The position numbers were made by a program, and so were the translations under genes. Shown one piece after another: positions 53,952-64,000 of a DNA stretch of 64,000 nucleotides (positions within the stretch are counted from its first letter, which is position 1; the number at the start of each line of letters is the position of its first letter). Below the pieces are notes generated by a model. It was not told where the DNA came from. It saw only the letters and a program-made list of their open reading frames with translations, and did no database searches. The DNA comes from an uncultured Methanomicrobiales archaeon. GTDB taxonomy: Archaea; Halobacteriota; Methanomicrobia; Methanomicrobiales; Methanospirillaceae. The DNA lies in NCBI GenBank assembly GCA_963758915.1, contig CAVWXH010000003.1, positions 1 to 64,000 of the forward strand. Reading direction: 5' to 3'.

Positions 53952-54131
53952 ATGACATCGCATCACTCACCAAAGAAATCAGAGAATACATCTCACCTTG
54001 AAGAAGAACATGCAAAATCGCATGAGGTCACTCCTTCAGGTATAAGCTCCGGTAACCAGTCAAAAATTGCAGTGGTCATACTCATCATAATGGTCATTAC
54101 TACAGGAATGATTTTTTTCGGGCTTATCTGA
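53952..54131 (+). CDS. Small tail-anchored membrane protein (59 aa, absent from the ORF track)
   Basis: MTSHHSPKKSENTSHLEEEHAKSHEVTPSGISSGNQSKIAVVILIIMVITTGMIFFGLI; T-run follows the stop. Confidence 0.6.
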   Translation: MTSHHSPKKSENTSHLEEEHAKSHEVTPSGISSGNQSKIAVVILIIMVITTGMIFFGLI

Positions 54132-54241
54132 TAGTATCGACCAGTTCTTTTTTTCCCTCGTTCATCAGCATCGGGCGATGAACGGGGGGGTGGAATTCAT
54201 CCCATTATTCAAATATCATGCTCCCGGTACTACTGGTACGT

Positions 54242-54884
54242 ATGTTCTGCGGGGTTGACGAGGCGGGTAAAGGAGCCGTACTCGGACCGATGGTCGTCGC
54301 AGCAGTGGGCTGCGATCACGAGGACCTCCTCCCTGGCATCGGCATCAAAGACTCGAAGCAGTTATCTCCTGAGAAACGGGGCAGGCTCTACAAAGAGATC
54401 ACAGGTACCTGTTCCATCGCGTTGCGGGTAGTTAGCGCAGGGGAGATAGATTAAAGCCAGAAAGTCTATGACCCTGAATATGCTGCTCGCCCGCCTGCAT
54501 GCATCAGTCATTACTGACCTCTCCCCCACCCTTGCTTATGTCGATGCGTGTGATGTCATTGCAGAGCGGCATGGAAATATGGTGTCGAGTTTCCTGGGTT
54601 GTGAATGCCATATTGTTGCCGAACACCATGCCGACGAGTCATTCCCCCTTGTTTCAGCTGCAAGTATCGTCGCTAAAGTTATACGCGACAGGGAAATTGA
54701 AGCACTTGCCGCAACATACGGGGACATTGGAAGTGGTTATCCTTCTGACCAGCGGACTGTCGATTTCCTTTCAGCCGCGATTCAACGTTCCGGAAAGCCA
54801 CCCGTGTTTGCCAGGGCCAGCTGGAAAACGGTGGAGAAGATGATCTCGGAGCGGTCTCAGGCGAGTATTCTGGATTTCTCCTGA
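54242..54884 (+). CDS. rnhB: Ribonuclease HII (1-nt insertion near 54452)
   Basis: GVDEAGKG, KDSK, VSAASIVAKV.RD and GSGYPSD motifs. Confidence 0.93.
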
Positions 54885-54958
54885 GTATCACCGGGGAAAA
54901 AACCATTGTTGGTCCGGTTTCCACATCATTATGTAGCTCGCCATTCCATATGTATAGA

Positions 54959-56255
54959 ATGAACTGGTTGCTGATCCTTATTTTGGTGATCGCCATCTAT
55001 GCAGCCGTGGCTCTTGTTATCTATACGAAAAAGTTATTCCCGGACCATATTACTTTTTATGGCCCGATAATGGCAATTAAGAGCAGTAAAACTGCATTTT
55101 TTGACTGGTTCACCCGGGTAAGCCCGATTTTGACGGATATATGGCTCAATCGGCGTGATCATTGTGGTGCTGGTCTCGGTCCTCATTACATTCCTGCTCC
55201 TTTTCGCCCTGCAATACACCCTTGTGCTCCAGCCTGAACCAACCGGGATCTACAAGCCCCAGAATATCCTGCTGCTGCCAGGAATCAACGAATATGTCCC
55301 GTCAACTTTTGCCGTCTGGTTTGCATTCGTCCTGACAATTGCAGTCCACGAATTCGGGCACGGTATCCTCTGCCGTGTTGAAAATATCAAGGTACGGGGT
55401 ATCGGAGCCCTCATCGCAGTCATACCGATCGGCTTTTTTGTAGAACCTGATGAGGAAGAACTCGATAAGGCCAAAGGGATGCCTAAGATGAGGATGTTCG
55501 GAGCAGGCATCATGAATAACCTTGTCGTCGGTGCAATCTGTTTCATCCTCCTGATTGTTGTGATGGGGGCAGCAGTACCCACGAATGCACCGGTTGTTCA
55601 CGGGGTCTACCAGAACTATTCGGCATTTAATGCGGGAATACCCCAGGACTCCCTTATTATGGCGGTCAACGGTGTCCCGGTAGCAACGCGTGACGAAGTA
55701 AGTGCGATCCTCAACACGAGTCACCCCGGTGATATTACGGTCCTGCAGGTCCGTAAAGACCAGACCATCAAAGATTACACGCTCAATCTGACCTCCTGGC
55801 CGGCAGAATTCGGGACACATCCATCAGGATTCATGGGGGTTTTCTATTATGACGGGGCACAGGTGATTGACACCGTCAGGAACATGTTCTCCCCGATCGG
55901 GTTCCTCCGTCTTATCAGCGTGCCGTTTGACATGTCGGCAGGAGGCCAGTACCTGAGGGTCCTTGCCTTTGAAACACCGGATACCGGGTATTATACCGTT
56001 CCCTATCCGGGAATTTTCTGGGGTACCGTCCACCTGCTCTTCTGGTGCGGGTGGATAAATATCAATGTGGGCATTTTCAATGCGATCCCGATGGTCCCGC
56101 TGGATGGCGGTTACATCTTAAAAGAAGGCATAGAGAGATTGTTTAACGGAAGAAAAATCGAGAAATATGCACCCTTTGTCGCTACATCCATCAGTACCAT
56201 GATGCTTGTAATTCTCGTATCAATCGTGGCACTCCCTTACCTCCTTCATATTTGA
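54959..56255 (+). CDS. Site-2 protease (M50) with PDZ domain (frameshift near 55130)
   Basis: HEFGH and NAIPMVPLDGG motifs. Confidence 0.92.
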
Positions 56256-56507
56256 AGCGTAAAAGAAGGACTGAACCATGAGACAGCCATTCCGGTCGCT
56301 CGTCGTCATATTCGTTGTCCTGGCTGTGATAGTCGGAATATCTTCTTAGCTCCCGCCTCGCTTAGGGGATGATTCCCTCAAATGTGATGAGTTACTGATT
56401 AATTCGGTTTGCTGAAAACACTCATAAACGGGAATTTCATGTGTGGTTCTATAGAGCCGGCAATTCTGTTTTTTCCGGGGTTATGTTCCGGCAGCCATTA
56501 AAAAGAA

Positions 56508-57362
56508 TTATATGCAGAGTTTCGCAACGAGGGAACCTTTAGGTACACCTATATCGTCTGCAATGGGTTCACATTTGACAGACAGGAGATAGGCAACAGG
56601 GGGAAGGTCCTTTTCGAGTGATAGTGACTCGTAATTTGCCATTCCCTTTGATATGATAAGTGTGCACTGCCTGAGTGCCTCCATGAGGGCTGGCGGGCAG
56701 AGGTCAAGCCGCACCCCCAGTTCAGTCCCGCACCCGGTGGTTGTAAGGGTGGCTGAAACATCTTTGAGGCCAAATTGTTCAGCTTCTTCCATGGTTGCAT
56801 CGTTTAAGATCGGAGCGTCCCTGACCACGAGGGTGATTTCTGCCCCGTTCGCATGGAGATATTCCAATAGCAGGCGGTCAAAAACGATTTCCCCACAATT
56901 ATCTGTAAAATAGACAACCCGCTTTGTCAGCGGCAGGATCCTGTCCGTATCATCTATTGTCAGGCCTTTTGAAAACATGGTGTTAAAAAATTCATCAAAA
57001 TTTTCTGTTACCTGGTGGGTTTTGACACCATAATCGTACGTATTACCGATAATGCTTGCCAGGACAAGTTCCCGAAAACTCCGGAGTGACGGCCGCACGC
57101 GGTTGCAGACTGACAATGCTTCGATATTACTTTGTTCCTTCAATTCCCTAAACGGGTCCGGATTATCCAGCATCCTGTAGGCATGCCGGTGGACCGCGCT
57201 CGCGATCTGCGGGTGGCTCACGGGATCATAACGGATCTTCGACAGGAGTTCTGCACATGAACGCACAGTCTCATCAGTAAGGCCCGGTCCTGCTGCCGAG
57301 AGCTTACATTCAAGGACCACCCTGGAAAGAAGGCAGTCAATACACCGGTCATCAAGTTTCAT
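56508..57362 (-). CDS. DUF89/ARMT1-like damage-control phosphatase
   Basis: CIDC, GNTYDYG, DNCGEIVFD and KGMANYE motifs. Confidence 0.9.
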   Translation of the reverse strand: MKLDDRCIDCLLSRVVLECKLSAAGPGLTDETVRSCAELLSKIRYDPVSHPQIASAVHRHAYRMLDNPDPFRELKEQSNIEALSVCNRVRPSLRSFRELVLASIIGNTYDYGVKTHQVTENFDEFFNTMFSKGLTIDDTDRILPLTKRVVYFTDNCGEIVFDRLLLEYLHANGAEITLVVRDAPILNDATMEEAEQFGLKDVSATLTTTGCGTELGVRLDLCPPALMEALRQCTLIISKGMANYESLSLEKDLPPVAYLLSVKCEPIADDIGVPKGSLVAKLCI

Positions 57363-57400
57363 GCATAACAATCCTGTAATGTTTCAGAAAATAAGTAAAA

Positions 57401-57473
57401 TGAGGCCACTGCGATTTGAACGCAGGTCAGAAGACCCCCAGTCTCCTAGGATGCCAGGCTACCCTATGGCCCC
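57401..57473 (-). tRNA. tRNA-Pro(GGG)
   Basis: GGGGCCATAGGGTAGCCTGGCATCCTAGGAGACTGGGGGTCTTCTGACCTGCGTTCAAATCGCAGTGGCCTCA folds into a cloverleaf; CCA not encoded. Confidence 0.95.
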
Positions 57474-57593
57474 GCACTCATATTCATTCGTCAATATCCC
57501 ATATCTACCTTATTGTCTCTGTGAAAAGTCCTTATCGCCTGTTTCAGACGGGGACTCACATTGTTGCTTTCTGTGCTCTCATGAGCAAAAGAA

Positions 57594-57788
57594 TCAGTCG
57601 TTGATTTTTTCAACGGTTACGCGCACCCGGTCCCCGGCCCTGAGATTGTGCCCTTTCAGCACGTCAATATTGAACCAGAGGCAGGCGGGGTCGGTTGATG
57701 TGGCGTCCTGGGACATGAGGCAGTCTTTACATTCATTGATATCCGCAATGAACTCAATTGTTGATTCAAGTTCTGCAACCTTAGTCAT
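57594..57788 (-). CDS. Small conserved hypothetical protein
   Basis: 64 aa with CKDC and C-terminal LRAGDRVRVTVEKI. Confidence 0.65.
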   Translation of the reverse strand: MTKVAELESTIEFIADINECKDCLMSQDATSTDPACLWFNIDVLKGHNLRAGDRVRVTVEKIND

Positions 57789-57817
57789 AACCTAGAAAAA
57801 TAGTGTATAATGATTTA

Positions 57818-58072
57818 TTAGTATGCCGACCTTGGCTTAACCATCCAGGTCGTGCTGTTCGAATAGCTCCAGCGAATGATTGATAACTCCTGGCAGATCT
57901 CTGACAGAATTGCCATATTAGTGCCGACCTCCTTTGAAGAGAGGCCGAGCTCCTTTGCAATATATTTTGACTTAAAGTAGTGTTTGCCTTTGGTGACACC
58001 CGAGTTCAGGCATGCAATAATCCGCGCCTGGGACTCGTTGTATTTATCGGCGATGCGTCTTGTTGAAGACAT
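57818..58072 (-). CDS. Small archaeal winged-helix protein (DUF7123-like)
   Basis: YFKSKYIAKELGLSSKEVG...WSYSNSTTW. Confidence 0.8.
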   Translation of the reverse strand: MSSTRRIADKYNESQARIIACLNSGVTKGKHYFKSKYIAKELGLSSKEVGTNMAILSEICQELSIIRWSYSNSTTWMVKPRSAY

Positions 58073-58261
58073 TAATCTCTCACCTCCAGAGATATTGAGC
58101 TATAACTTCCCCTCATATATATAAATAACTATTTTTCTTCCCATAATTTTGAGTCTTTTATGAACAGCAGTTCGACAAAGGACGAATTTTTCAGGCTTTT
58201 GTACCGGGGACCATGATACCGGGGGGCAAGAATTACCAGTATTAAACCGTTACGCCTCAAT

Positions 58262-58448
58262 ACAGGAGGGCAGGGGTGTGGCAGCGGAGGAGTGAAACCC
58301 CCCTTCCTACCCTACTCCCGATAACATATTCATTGACAGGGATAATTTGGGGCATTCAAAGAAAATTCCAGAGATTTTGAGATCATTCCTTATCCCAACC
58401 AGGGTCGCTAAAGCGGCGGGCGGGGCCCTGGGAGCGTTACTAAATTTT
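58262..58448 (-). repeat. Dispersed structured repeat (MITE core), copy 7, with an insertion in the terminal hairpin
   Basis: acaggagggc...ttatcccaaccagggtcgctaaagcggcgggcggggccctgggagcgttactaaattt. Confidence 0.82.
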
Positions 58449-58517
58449 GGAATGACCGCATGTTCAAAATAGATTGAGAGGGTTTTAGCAATACGAAAAA
58501 GGAAAAAACCAGGTGAT

Positions 58518-60359
58518 TTATGCACCGGTCGAAGCATCGGAGATTTTTGATACCAGTGCCTCGAGCACTTCGTTCCGCATGCCTTCAACGAACTTGATGC
58601 TCCCGACAACAAGGTGGCCTCCGCCGCTGATACCGCCACCCTTGAGCTCGTCCCTCAGTTCCCTGACCATTCTCGGGATGTTCATCATGACACCCCTCGA
58701 ACGTAAGACTGCAAAGTCGGGGCCAAAGCCGATGGTAACAACCGGCCTCCCGGCATGCTGCCTGCATAACCGGTCATGTACTTCACCTGAGGTCTTACCT
58801 GGCGGCGGGAAGGTAAACTTGTGGGCATGTATCTCGACATCGAGGAGGAACAGAAGGGCGCCATTTTTCAGTTGCCTCTCTTTCACGTGGGGCATACTGG
58901 CATTCATCTGGTCTTCGATCATCAGGTTTGCCCCTTCAACCAGCCTGGCAATAAGTTTCTTGTGCCGCTCAGGGTTATTCGTCAGGTTTAAGATGTCCTT
59001 GACAAGTTCACGCCCGTCATTAAACCTTAGCCAGAACTGCTCATAGTCGAGAGCCAGGGCGATATTTTTGCATTCGTCCTCGGTGTACGAGTCCTTGACC
59101 AGGTCGAGGAACAGTGCACGCTCCGGTGCCTCGCTCCGGTCACCGACACCCGCAATTGCAGGGATATGCCGGATATTAGGTTCAACCGCAGGGTTAATGA
59201 GCCTCGCAACCTCAGTCCCGAGCATCCCGGCCGTAATCCCGAAATCACCCCCGACATGGTAGGGGTTCACATGGCCGATAAGGAACTGGTCAACGATTTC
59301 ATCAGGGTGGTGGTGGTCAATCACGGCAATTGATAAATCGTATACCTGTGCCATACGGTAGGCTGGCAGGTCTTCCTCGGTTGACCCGTTATCTGTCAGG
59401 AGGATCAGGGGCATTTTCTGCCCGAACCGGACGTGGTCCTTCAGCGAGAAATCAAGGTCACGGGTGATATCCTCTATTTCGTAGAACGGAGCTTTTGATG
59501 GGGCCCGTTTGAAAAGGTAGTAATCAGAATCGAAATCTCCACCGGACTCCCGTAAGAGCGCCGTTACCGCCTGCTCAATTGCTACTGCGGAACAGATGCC
59601 ATCCGCATCCGCGTGGTGACGGAGAATAATCGGCTGGGATGTGAAGACTGCCCGCCTGATGATCTTTGCGATCTTCCGCATCTCGGGCCTGAGCTTCTCA
59701 AGGACCGGGCTTGGGACAAGGAGCGGGATCTCAGCGGGCTCTGAACGTATGTCCAGTGCCTTGTTGATCCGTTCCCTGACTTCCTGGGCATCGGGACCGG
59801 TGAGGACTGATAATGAGTCAACTTCAATCTGCAACTGGTTATTCCGCTGCATTACCTCCCCGACGATACGGACAAGGTCACCGAGCTCTGCCTCGGGGTA
59901 AGCACGGACTCCTGCCTCTACAAATGCTGCTGCGTTTTCAGTACCTGACTCGTCAACAATAGTGAAGATCGTCGGTCCGCTGGTCTGCTTGACCTGGGCG
60001 ATCTCGCCTTCTATCCTGACAGTCCTCCCGATTTTCTGGCCCAGTTCTGCAAGGAGTACCGCAGTGCTCTTCTTCTCAATGGGACGCACCTGGTATACCG
60101 GGATTACAACCTCTTCAAGGTCGATATTCCCATTACTCCGGATCGCCCTGACATGGACGAGTACCGTTTCGCGCTCTTTATGCTCAGTCTTTACGTTGCT
60201 CTTGTGTACAAGCCCTTTTACACGTTCATTCAGCTGGACAAATGTCCCAAACGTTGCAAATCCCTGCACACGTCCTGCATATGTTTTCCCTTCTTCAACG
60301 TCGCCAAGGTCACATGATGCACCAAGGCGGTATACGATTATTTCATTGTTATTTTCCAT
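58518..60359 (-). CDS. RecJ-like DHH phosphoesterase with S1 and OB domains
   Basis: HHADADG, DNGS, DHH and GGGH motifs. Confidence 0.9.
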   Translation of the reverse strand: MENNNEIIVYRLGASCDLGDVEEGKTYAGRVQGFATFGTFVQLNERVKGLVHKSNVKTEHKERETVLVHVRAIRSNGNIDLEEVVIPVYQVRPIEKKSTAVLLAELGQKIGRTVRIEGEIAQVKQTSGPTIFTIVDESGTENAAAFVEAGVRAYPEAELGDLVRIVGEVMQRNNQLQIEVDSLSVLTGPDAQEVRERINKALDIRSEPAEIPLLVPSPVLEKLRPEMRKIAKIIRRAVFTSQPIILRHHADADGICSAVAIEQAVTALLRESGGDFDSDYYLFKRAPSKAPFYEIEDITRDLDFSLKDHVRFGQKMPLILLTDNGSTEEDLPAYRMAQVYDLSIAVIDHHHPDEIVDQFLIGHVNPYHVGGDFGITAGMLGTEVARLINPAVEPNIRHIPAIAGVGDRSEAPERALFLDLVKDSYTEDECKNIALALDYEQFWLRFNDGRELVKDILNLTNNPERHKKLIARLVEGANLMIEDQMNASMPHVKERQLKNGALLFLLDVEIHAHKFTFPPPGKTSGEVHDRLCRQHAGRPVVTIGFGPDFAVLRSRGVMMNIPRMVRELRDELKGGGISGGGHLVVGSIKFVEGMRNEVLEALVSKISDASTGA

Positions 60360-60437
60360 GCGAAATCCTCGATATTTTCATTCCTGCAAATTCCGGTGCA
60401 GTTCCGGCGAACTTTCGAATATCAGATGACCGGGGGT

Positions 60438-61362
60438 CTATCCCCTGAATGGTATTTCGAACATATCAAGATCGTCGGGGACGATTACCTTACCACAAAA
60501 CCTTTTCGCTGCATCCCTGATATGGCTTGCTGTACTGGTATACCGGGAGCTGATATGTACAAGTGCCAGCGTATCTGCCGACAGCCTCCCTGCAATATCT
60601 CCTGCCTCTCCCGATGTGGAGTGAAAAACCTCCCGTGCCCGTTCCATTGCTGCATCATCATACGTCGCGTCGTGAATGAGGAGGTCGGCATGATCCACCA
60701 CGGCAAGGAGGTCTTTTATCACCGGCCGCGTGTCCCCGGTATACACGACGGTCCGCCCAGGTCTTGGGGACCCCATCACCTGCCCTGGGGTGATGCTTAC
60801 GGTGACACCATCCTGCACAATGCTGACCGGTTCACCCCGCTGGAGGCGCCCGAAGAGGGGGCCGGGTGGTACCCCAAGCGCTATTGCCCGTTCGCGGTCA
60901 AACCGGCCGGGCCTTGGTTCTTCTACCAGCGCGTACCCGAGGCTCTCCATCCCGTGATCGGTCGCAAATGCCTTTACCTGGTACCCTTCGAACGCAATCG
61001 ACACCCCGTGGACGAGCTCTTCTGACAGGACCGGGAATTTTACATTAAACCGGCAGAGATGGCGGAGTTCCGTGACAAATTCATGCACCCATTCCGGTCC
61101 GTAGATGGTCAGCGGTTCTTTCCGCCCGTTGAACGAGAGCGTCTGTACAAGGCCCAGGATACCAAGAAAATGGTCTGCGTGCCAGTGTGTGATGAAAATT
61201 GCGTCCACGGTAAATCCGGTCCTCGCCCTCATCATCTGCTGCTGGGCACCTTCCCCGCAGTCAAAGAGGATCGTGTCAGACCCTCGCCTGATCATGAAAC
61301 AGGGTGGGTTCCTCTGCGGGGTAGGAAGGGCCCCGGCAGTACCCGAGGAAATATACCTGCAA
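60438..61362 (-). CDS. rnz: Ribonuclease Z (frameshift near 61343)
   Basis: YFLGT/AGALPTPQRN, DCGEG, THWHADH, GDTRP and HISSRY motifs. Confidence 0.93.
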
Positions 61363-61373
61363 TGTCTCCCCGG

Positions 61374-62147
61374 CTATACAAACCACCTCTTGTATACCAC
61401 AAGGCTCTTCTTTCCTTCTTCAGGTGACTTCCCTTCTACCACGACGACACCGGAATAATCCTTCCTGACAGCAGGGCCAACGATATCCCACGGTATTGTT
61501 CCCATCCCGAGTGCAAGGTGCTCATCTGACACTCCCTTGTTGTCATGGATGTGGAGATGCTTCGCATTTTTTAAGAGGGGTAAAAATTCCTTTACCCTTC
61601 CGACCGTATTTGCATGCCCGATATCGATGGTAATCCCGATCCCCTCTATATCTTCTGTCATCCCAAGGATCTCCTCGGGCCTCTGGCAGAGGAACTCCCT
61701 GATCCCAATCATGTTTTCAAGGCATGCAAGCACCCCGCAATCCGCTGCAACCTGACCGATCCTGACCAGGGCCTCTTTCTGGAACTGCCAGGCCTTTTCC
61801 GGGAGAAGTTTTCCCACCGGGGACATGTAGCCGGGATGGATTGTCACCCGGTCCGTGAATTCAGCCGCATTAGTGACGCAGACACATACCTGCCTGATGG
61901 ACTCCTCCCATATCGGATGGTTAAGGGTTGCAAGGTTCAGGTCCCCGTAGGGTGCATGCACTGTTATCCCGAGATCTGTGCTCGCGATCGCTTCACGGAT
62001 ATCCTTCCGGTTGGCCGGATTATCGAGGCGGTAACGGCCATCTGCAACGATCTCCCACCCGCTGTACCCGGCATCAGGGATCCCGTAAATCCATTCAATG
62101 GAATCCCAGACCTTGGCAGACGAGGAGAAATACGGGGTAATACTCAT
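61374..62147 (-). CDS. Sugar phosphate isomerase/AP endonuclease 2 TIM-barrel protein
   Basis: HAPYGDLN, LENM, DIGHAN and HIHDN..DEHL motifs. Confidence 0.88.
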   Translation of the reverse strand: MSITPYFSSSAKVWDSIEWIYGIPDAGYSGWEIVADGRYRLDNPANRKDIREAIASTDLGITVHAPYGDLNLATLNHPIWEESIRQVCVCVTNAAEFTDRVTIHPGYMSPVGKLLPEKAWQFQKEALVRIGQVAADCGVLACLENMIGIREFLCQRPEEILGMTEDIEGIGITIDIGHANTVGRVKEFLPLLKNAKHLHIHDNKGVSDEHLALGMGTIPWDIVGPAVRKDYSGVVVVEGKSPEEGKKSLVVYKRWFV

Positions 62148-62692
62148 GGTAACCCCTTCACTTTTTCGAGGAGTGCCATGACATGTTTGATGAATGACTC
62201 CAGGCTGCTGTCATTATCGATGCGGTAATCTGCTCCCAGAAGGGCTTTTCCAAGGCCCCATGCCTGTTCACGCTCGTCCCTTGCTTTCAGTGCGTCCTCG
62301 TCAAGGTTATCATCGGATCGTCCCCGCCCGGCAATACGGCTGAGGCGTGTCCCGAATGGCGCATCGATCCTGACAAGAACAAAACCGGGGAAACTGTCCC
62401 GGAATACCCGGACTTCTGAATCACCCCTGATCCCGTCAACAATCACCAGCGGGGCTTCCAGGCCCCTGATTTCCGGGACACAAAGCCTGGCGATCGCGTC
62501 CATGCCATGTTCAGCCCTTAGCCTCCCTGCTGTTTCACCAAGGTTCTTATCAGTGAGTGGCCGCCCCGAATCCTGCACTGCCTTTCGGATCACATCTCCC
62601 ATAACAATCACGGGAATGCCCAACGATACCGCAATCCGTGAGAATTCTCCCTTACCGCTCGCTGGCAATCCAACGATCCCTACTACCTTCAT
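62144..62692 (-). CDS. UPF0200 P-loop kinase (dephospho-CoA kinase-like)
   Basis: GLPASGKG, MGDVIR, DGIRG and RGRSDD motifs. Confidence 0.85.
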   Translation of the reverse strand: MKVVGIVGLPASGKGEFSRIAVSLGIPVIVMGDVIRKAVQDSGRPLTDKNLGETAGRLRAEHGMDAIARLCVPEIRGLEAPLVIVDGIRGDSEVRVFRDSFPGFVLVRIDAPFGTRLSRIAGRGRSDDNLDEDALKARDEREQAWGLGKALLGADYRIDNDSSLESFIKHVMALLEKVKGLP

Positions 62693-63374
62693 ACGAAATC
62701 TCACCTCCCTCCCGGGTCCTGATCCTGACCGGCCGGCTGATCTGGTCTGCGATCTTTTTTAATTCACTGCAGGACAACGGGGGGATGTCCCCCTGCACGC
62801 CCTGCTGGATAACAAGGTCTATATCATTGCATTCACGGGCGATATACGGGACCTCGTCCTCGTATCCCCGGAACAGCGTGATTACAACCTCGAATTCATG
62901 AAGTTTCCCACTCTGGCGGGCGGCCCTGCAGAGTGCCAGTGAGCGCTGGACCTTGCTGACGCAGGGCACCTTCATCAGGTTATCATACCGCTGCCACCGT
63001 GCCTTGATATCGAGCGCAATACGGTCAACGAGGTTGCCTTCGATGAGGGCTTCGAGGGTATCAGGGTACACCCCGTTTGTCTGTATACCAACCAGAAGCC
63101 CCATTTTTTTAACCGCCCCTGCAAGTGCAATCAGCGGCTCTGCCTGCATGGTAGGCTCACCGCCGGAAAATACAACTCCGCTTATGAGGAGCAGGGACGA
63201 CCTGATCATCCCGATGACCTCTTCCACGGGCCTTACATCTCTACCTGACAGGATTGATGCATTATGACAGTACGTGCAACGTACCGGGCACCCCCGTAAA
63301 AATACCGTGCATACTGCTTTCCCCCTCCAGTCTACCGTGCTGATAGGGACAAACCCACCGAAGTTGACATCCAT
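62652..63374 (-). CDS. Anaerobic ribonucleotide reductase activase-like radical SAM protein
   Basis: STVDW, GCPVRCTYCHN and SGGEPT motifs. Confidence 0.88.
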   Translation of the reverse strand: MDVNFGGFVPISTVDWRGKAVCTVFLRGCPVRCTYCHNASILSGRDVRPVEEVIGMIRSSLLLISGVVFSGGEPTMQAEPLIALAGAVKKMGLLVGIQTNGVYPDTLEALIEGNLVDRIALDIKARWQRYDNLMKVPCVSKVQRSLALCRAARQSGKLHEFEVVITLFRGYEDEVPYIARECNDIDLVIQQGVQGDIPPLSCSELKKIADQISRPVRIRTREGGEISYEGSRDRWIASER

Positions 63375-63540
63375 CTCGCGACCGTATCGATCTTTGCTCA
63401 GTAGTATGGCGAAGAGTGGTATTCAATGTAGTGAAGTGGCACAGGGCGACGGCATCACAGGATCTCAGGCGTCCGATATTATTTTGCCCGGATGGAAAAA
63501 ATTATGCCCCGGGGAAGCATCCATTGAATGGGAAGCGTAC

Positions 63541-63813
63541 ATGACGAAAAAACATTTTACTACCGAAGATGCTGCGAGGATTGGAAAAACCCTTGGAATC
63601 ACCTGGTCACAATTTGATACGGAACAGTTCAGGATGGGCCTTGACGTGGAACTTGAACACGGCCTTGTAGACCCGGCCACCAACGTGACCAATGATGACC
63701 CCGTGATGACCGGGAAGATCGCGCTTGCACACCTGAACGAGTTCCCGGACTATTACACACGACTTGAAAAAATGGAGAAAGAAGCTGACCTCTTCTGGGG
63801 AAAAGAAGATTAA
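63541..63813 (+). CDS. DUF5661-like conserved protein
   Basis: QFRMGLDVELEHG...KIALAHLNEFPDYYTRL. Confidence 0.82.
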   Translation: MTKKHFTTEDAARIGKTLGITWSQFDTEQFRMGLDVELEHGLVDPATNVTNDDPVMTGKIALAHLNEFPDYYTRLEKMEKEADLFWGKED

Positions 63814-64000
63814 TAAGTATCTTTTTTTATCAATATGCGCCTTGTAATGGAGACAACCCTGCTGGCCACTTCATTTCCCGCGGTCCTGGTAAATAATAAA
63901 GTAATATTGCGTAATAGTAAAACAATTTTACTTGATCTTTTAACAACCTAAATTTAGTCCGCAATCTTTAAAACAAGCCTTTATCTCGTCAATTCCTCAA

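Noticed and set aside
56278-56349. Short signal-peptide-like ORF MRQPFRSLVVIFVVLAVIVGISS
   Set aside because: It is too short and has no supporting context; it may be a gene remnant.
57401-57473. tRNA-Pro as an island integration site
   Set aside because: I found no duplicated tRNA 3' fragment or integrase nearby, and the flanking genes are core.
4512-61362. Widespread split genes (ttuA, fdhD, sufS, DEAD helicase, eIF2a, GGR, rnhB, S2P, rnz and others) as pseudogenes or programmed frameshifts
   Set aside because: These are single-base indels, often in short homopolymers, that hit essential genes and share no slippery motif. Long-read consensus error is the simplest explanation.

Overview
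This is a chromosomal segment of a methanogenic archaeon. The gene content points to Methanomicrobiales, probably Methanoregulaceae/Methanolinea-like (inference). Housekeeping content includes ycaO-tfuA, nadA, a dense sulfur-relay set (thiS-ttuA, fdhD, two cysteine desulfurases, nifU, ubaA/moeB, moaD, moaE), proS, egsA, elp3-priS-gins-rpl44e-rps27e-eIF2a-nop10-PAC2, GGR, rnhB, recJ-like, rnz and tRNA-Pro(GGG). Many genes, including essential ones, carry single-base indels, so the consensus looks like an under-polished long-read assembly and most apparent pseudogenes are probably artefacts. Four features stand out. (1) At 26.8-29.3 kb, four copies of the 3' end of a membrane-protein gene bracket two different RelE-type toxin-antitoxin cassettes and one empty unit. 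This looks like an integrase-less cassette array that grows by replacing the gene's 3' end, next to an AT-rich pilin/glycosyltransferase locus. (2) A ~170-260 bp dispersed structured repeat occurs in seven copies. One copy is a complete MITE with IS5/IS903-like inverted ends and an 8-bp target duplication. (3) A surface island at 5.6-14.5 kb has two large SdrD-B adhesins sharing a duplicated C-terminal module and 3' hairpins. One adhesin carries thioester-domain motifs, and a sheath-protein homolog follows. (4) A pseudo-receiver-PAS-PAS-diadenylate cyclase fusion is present.
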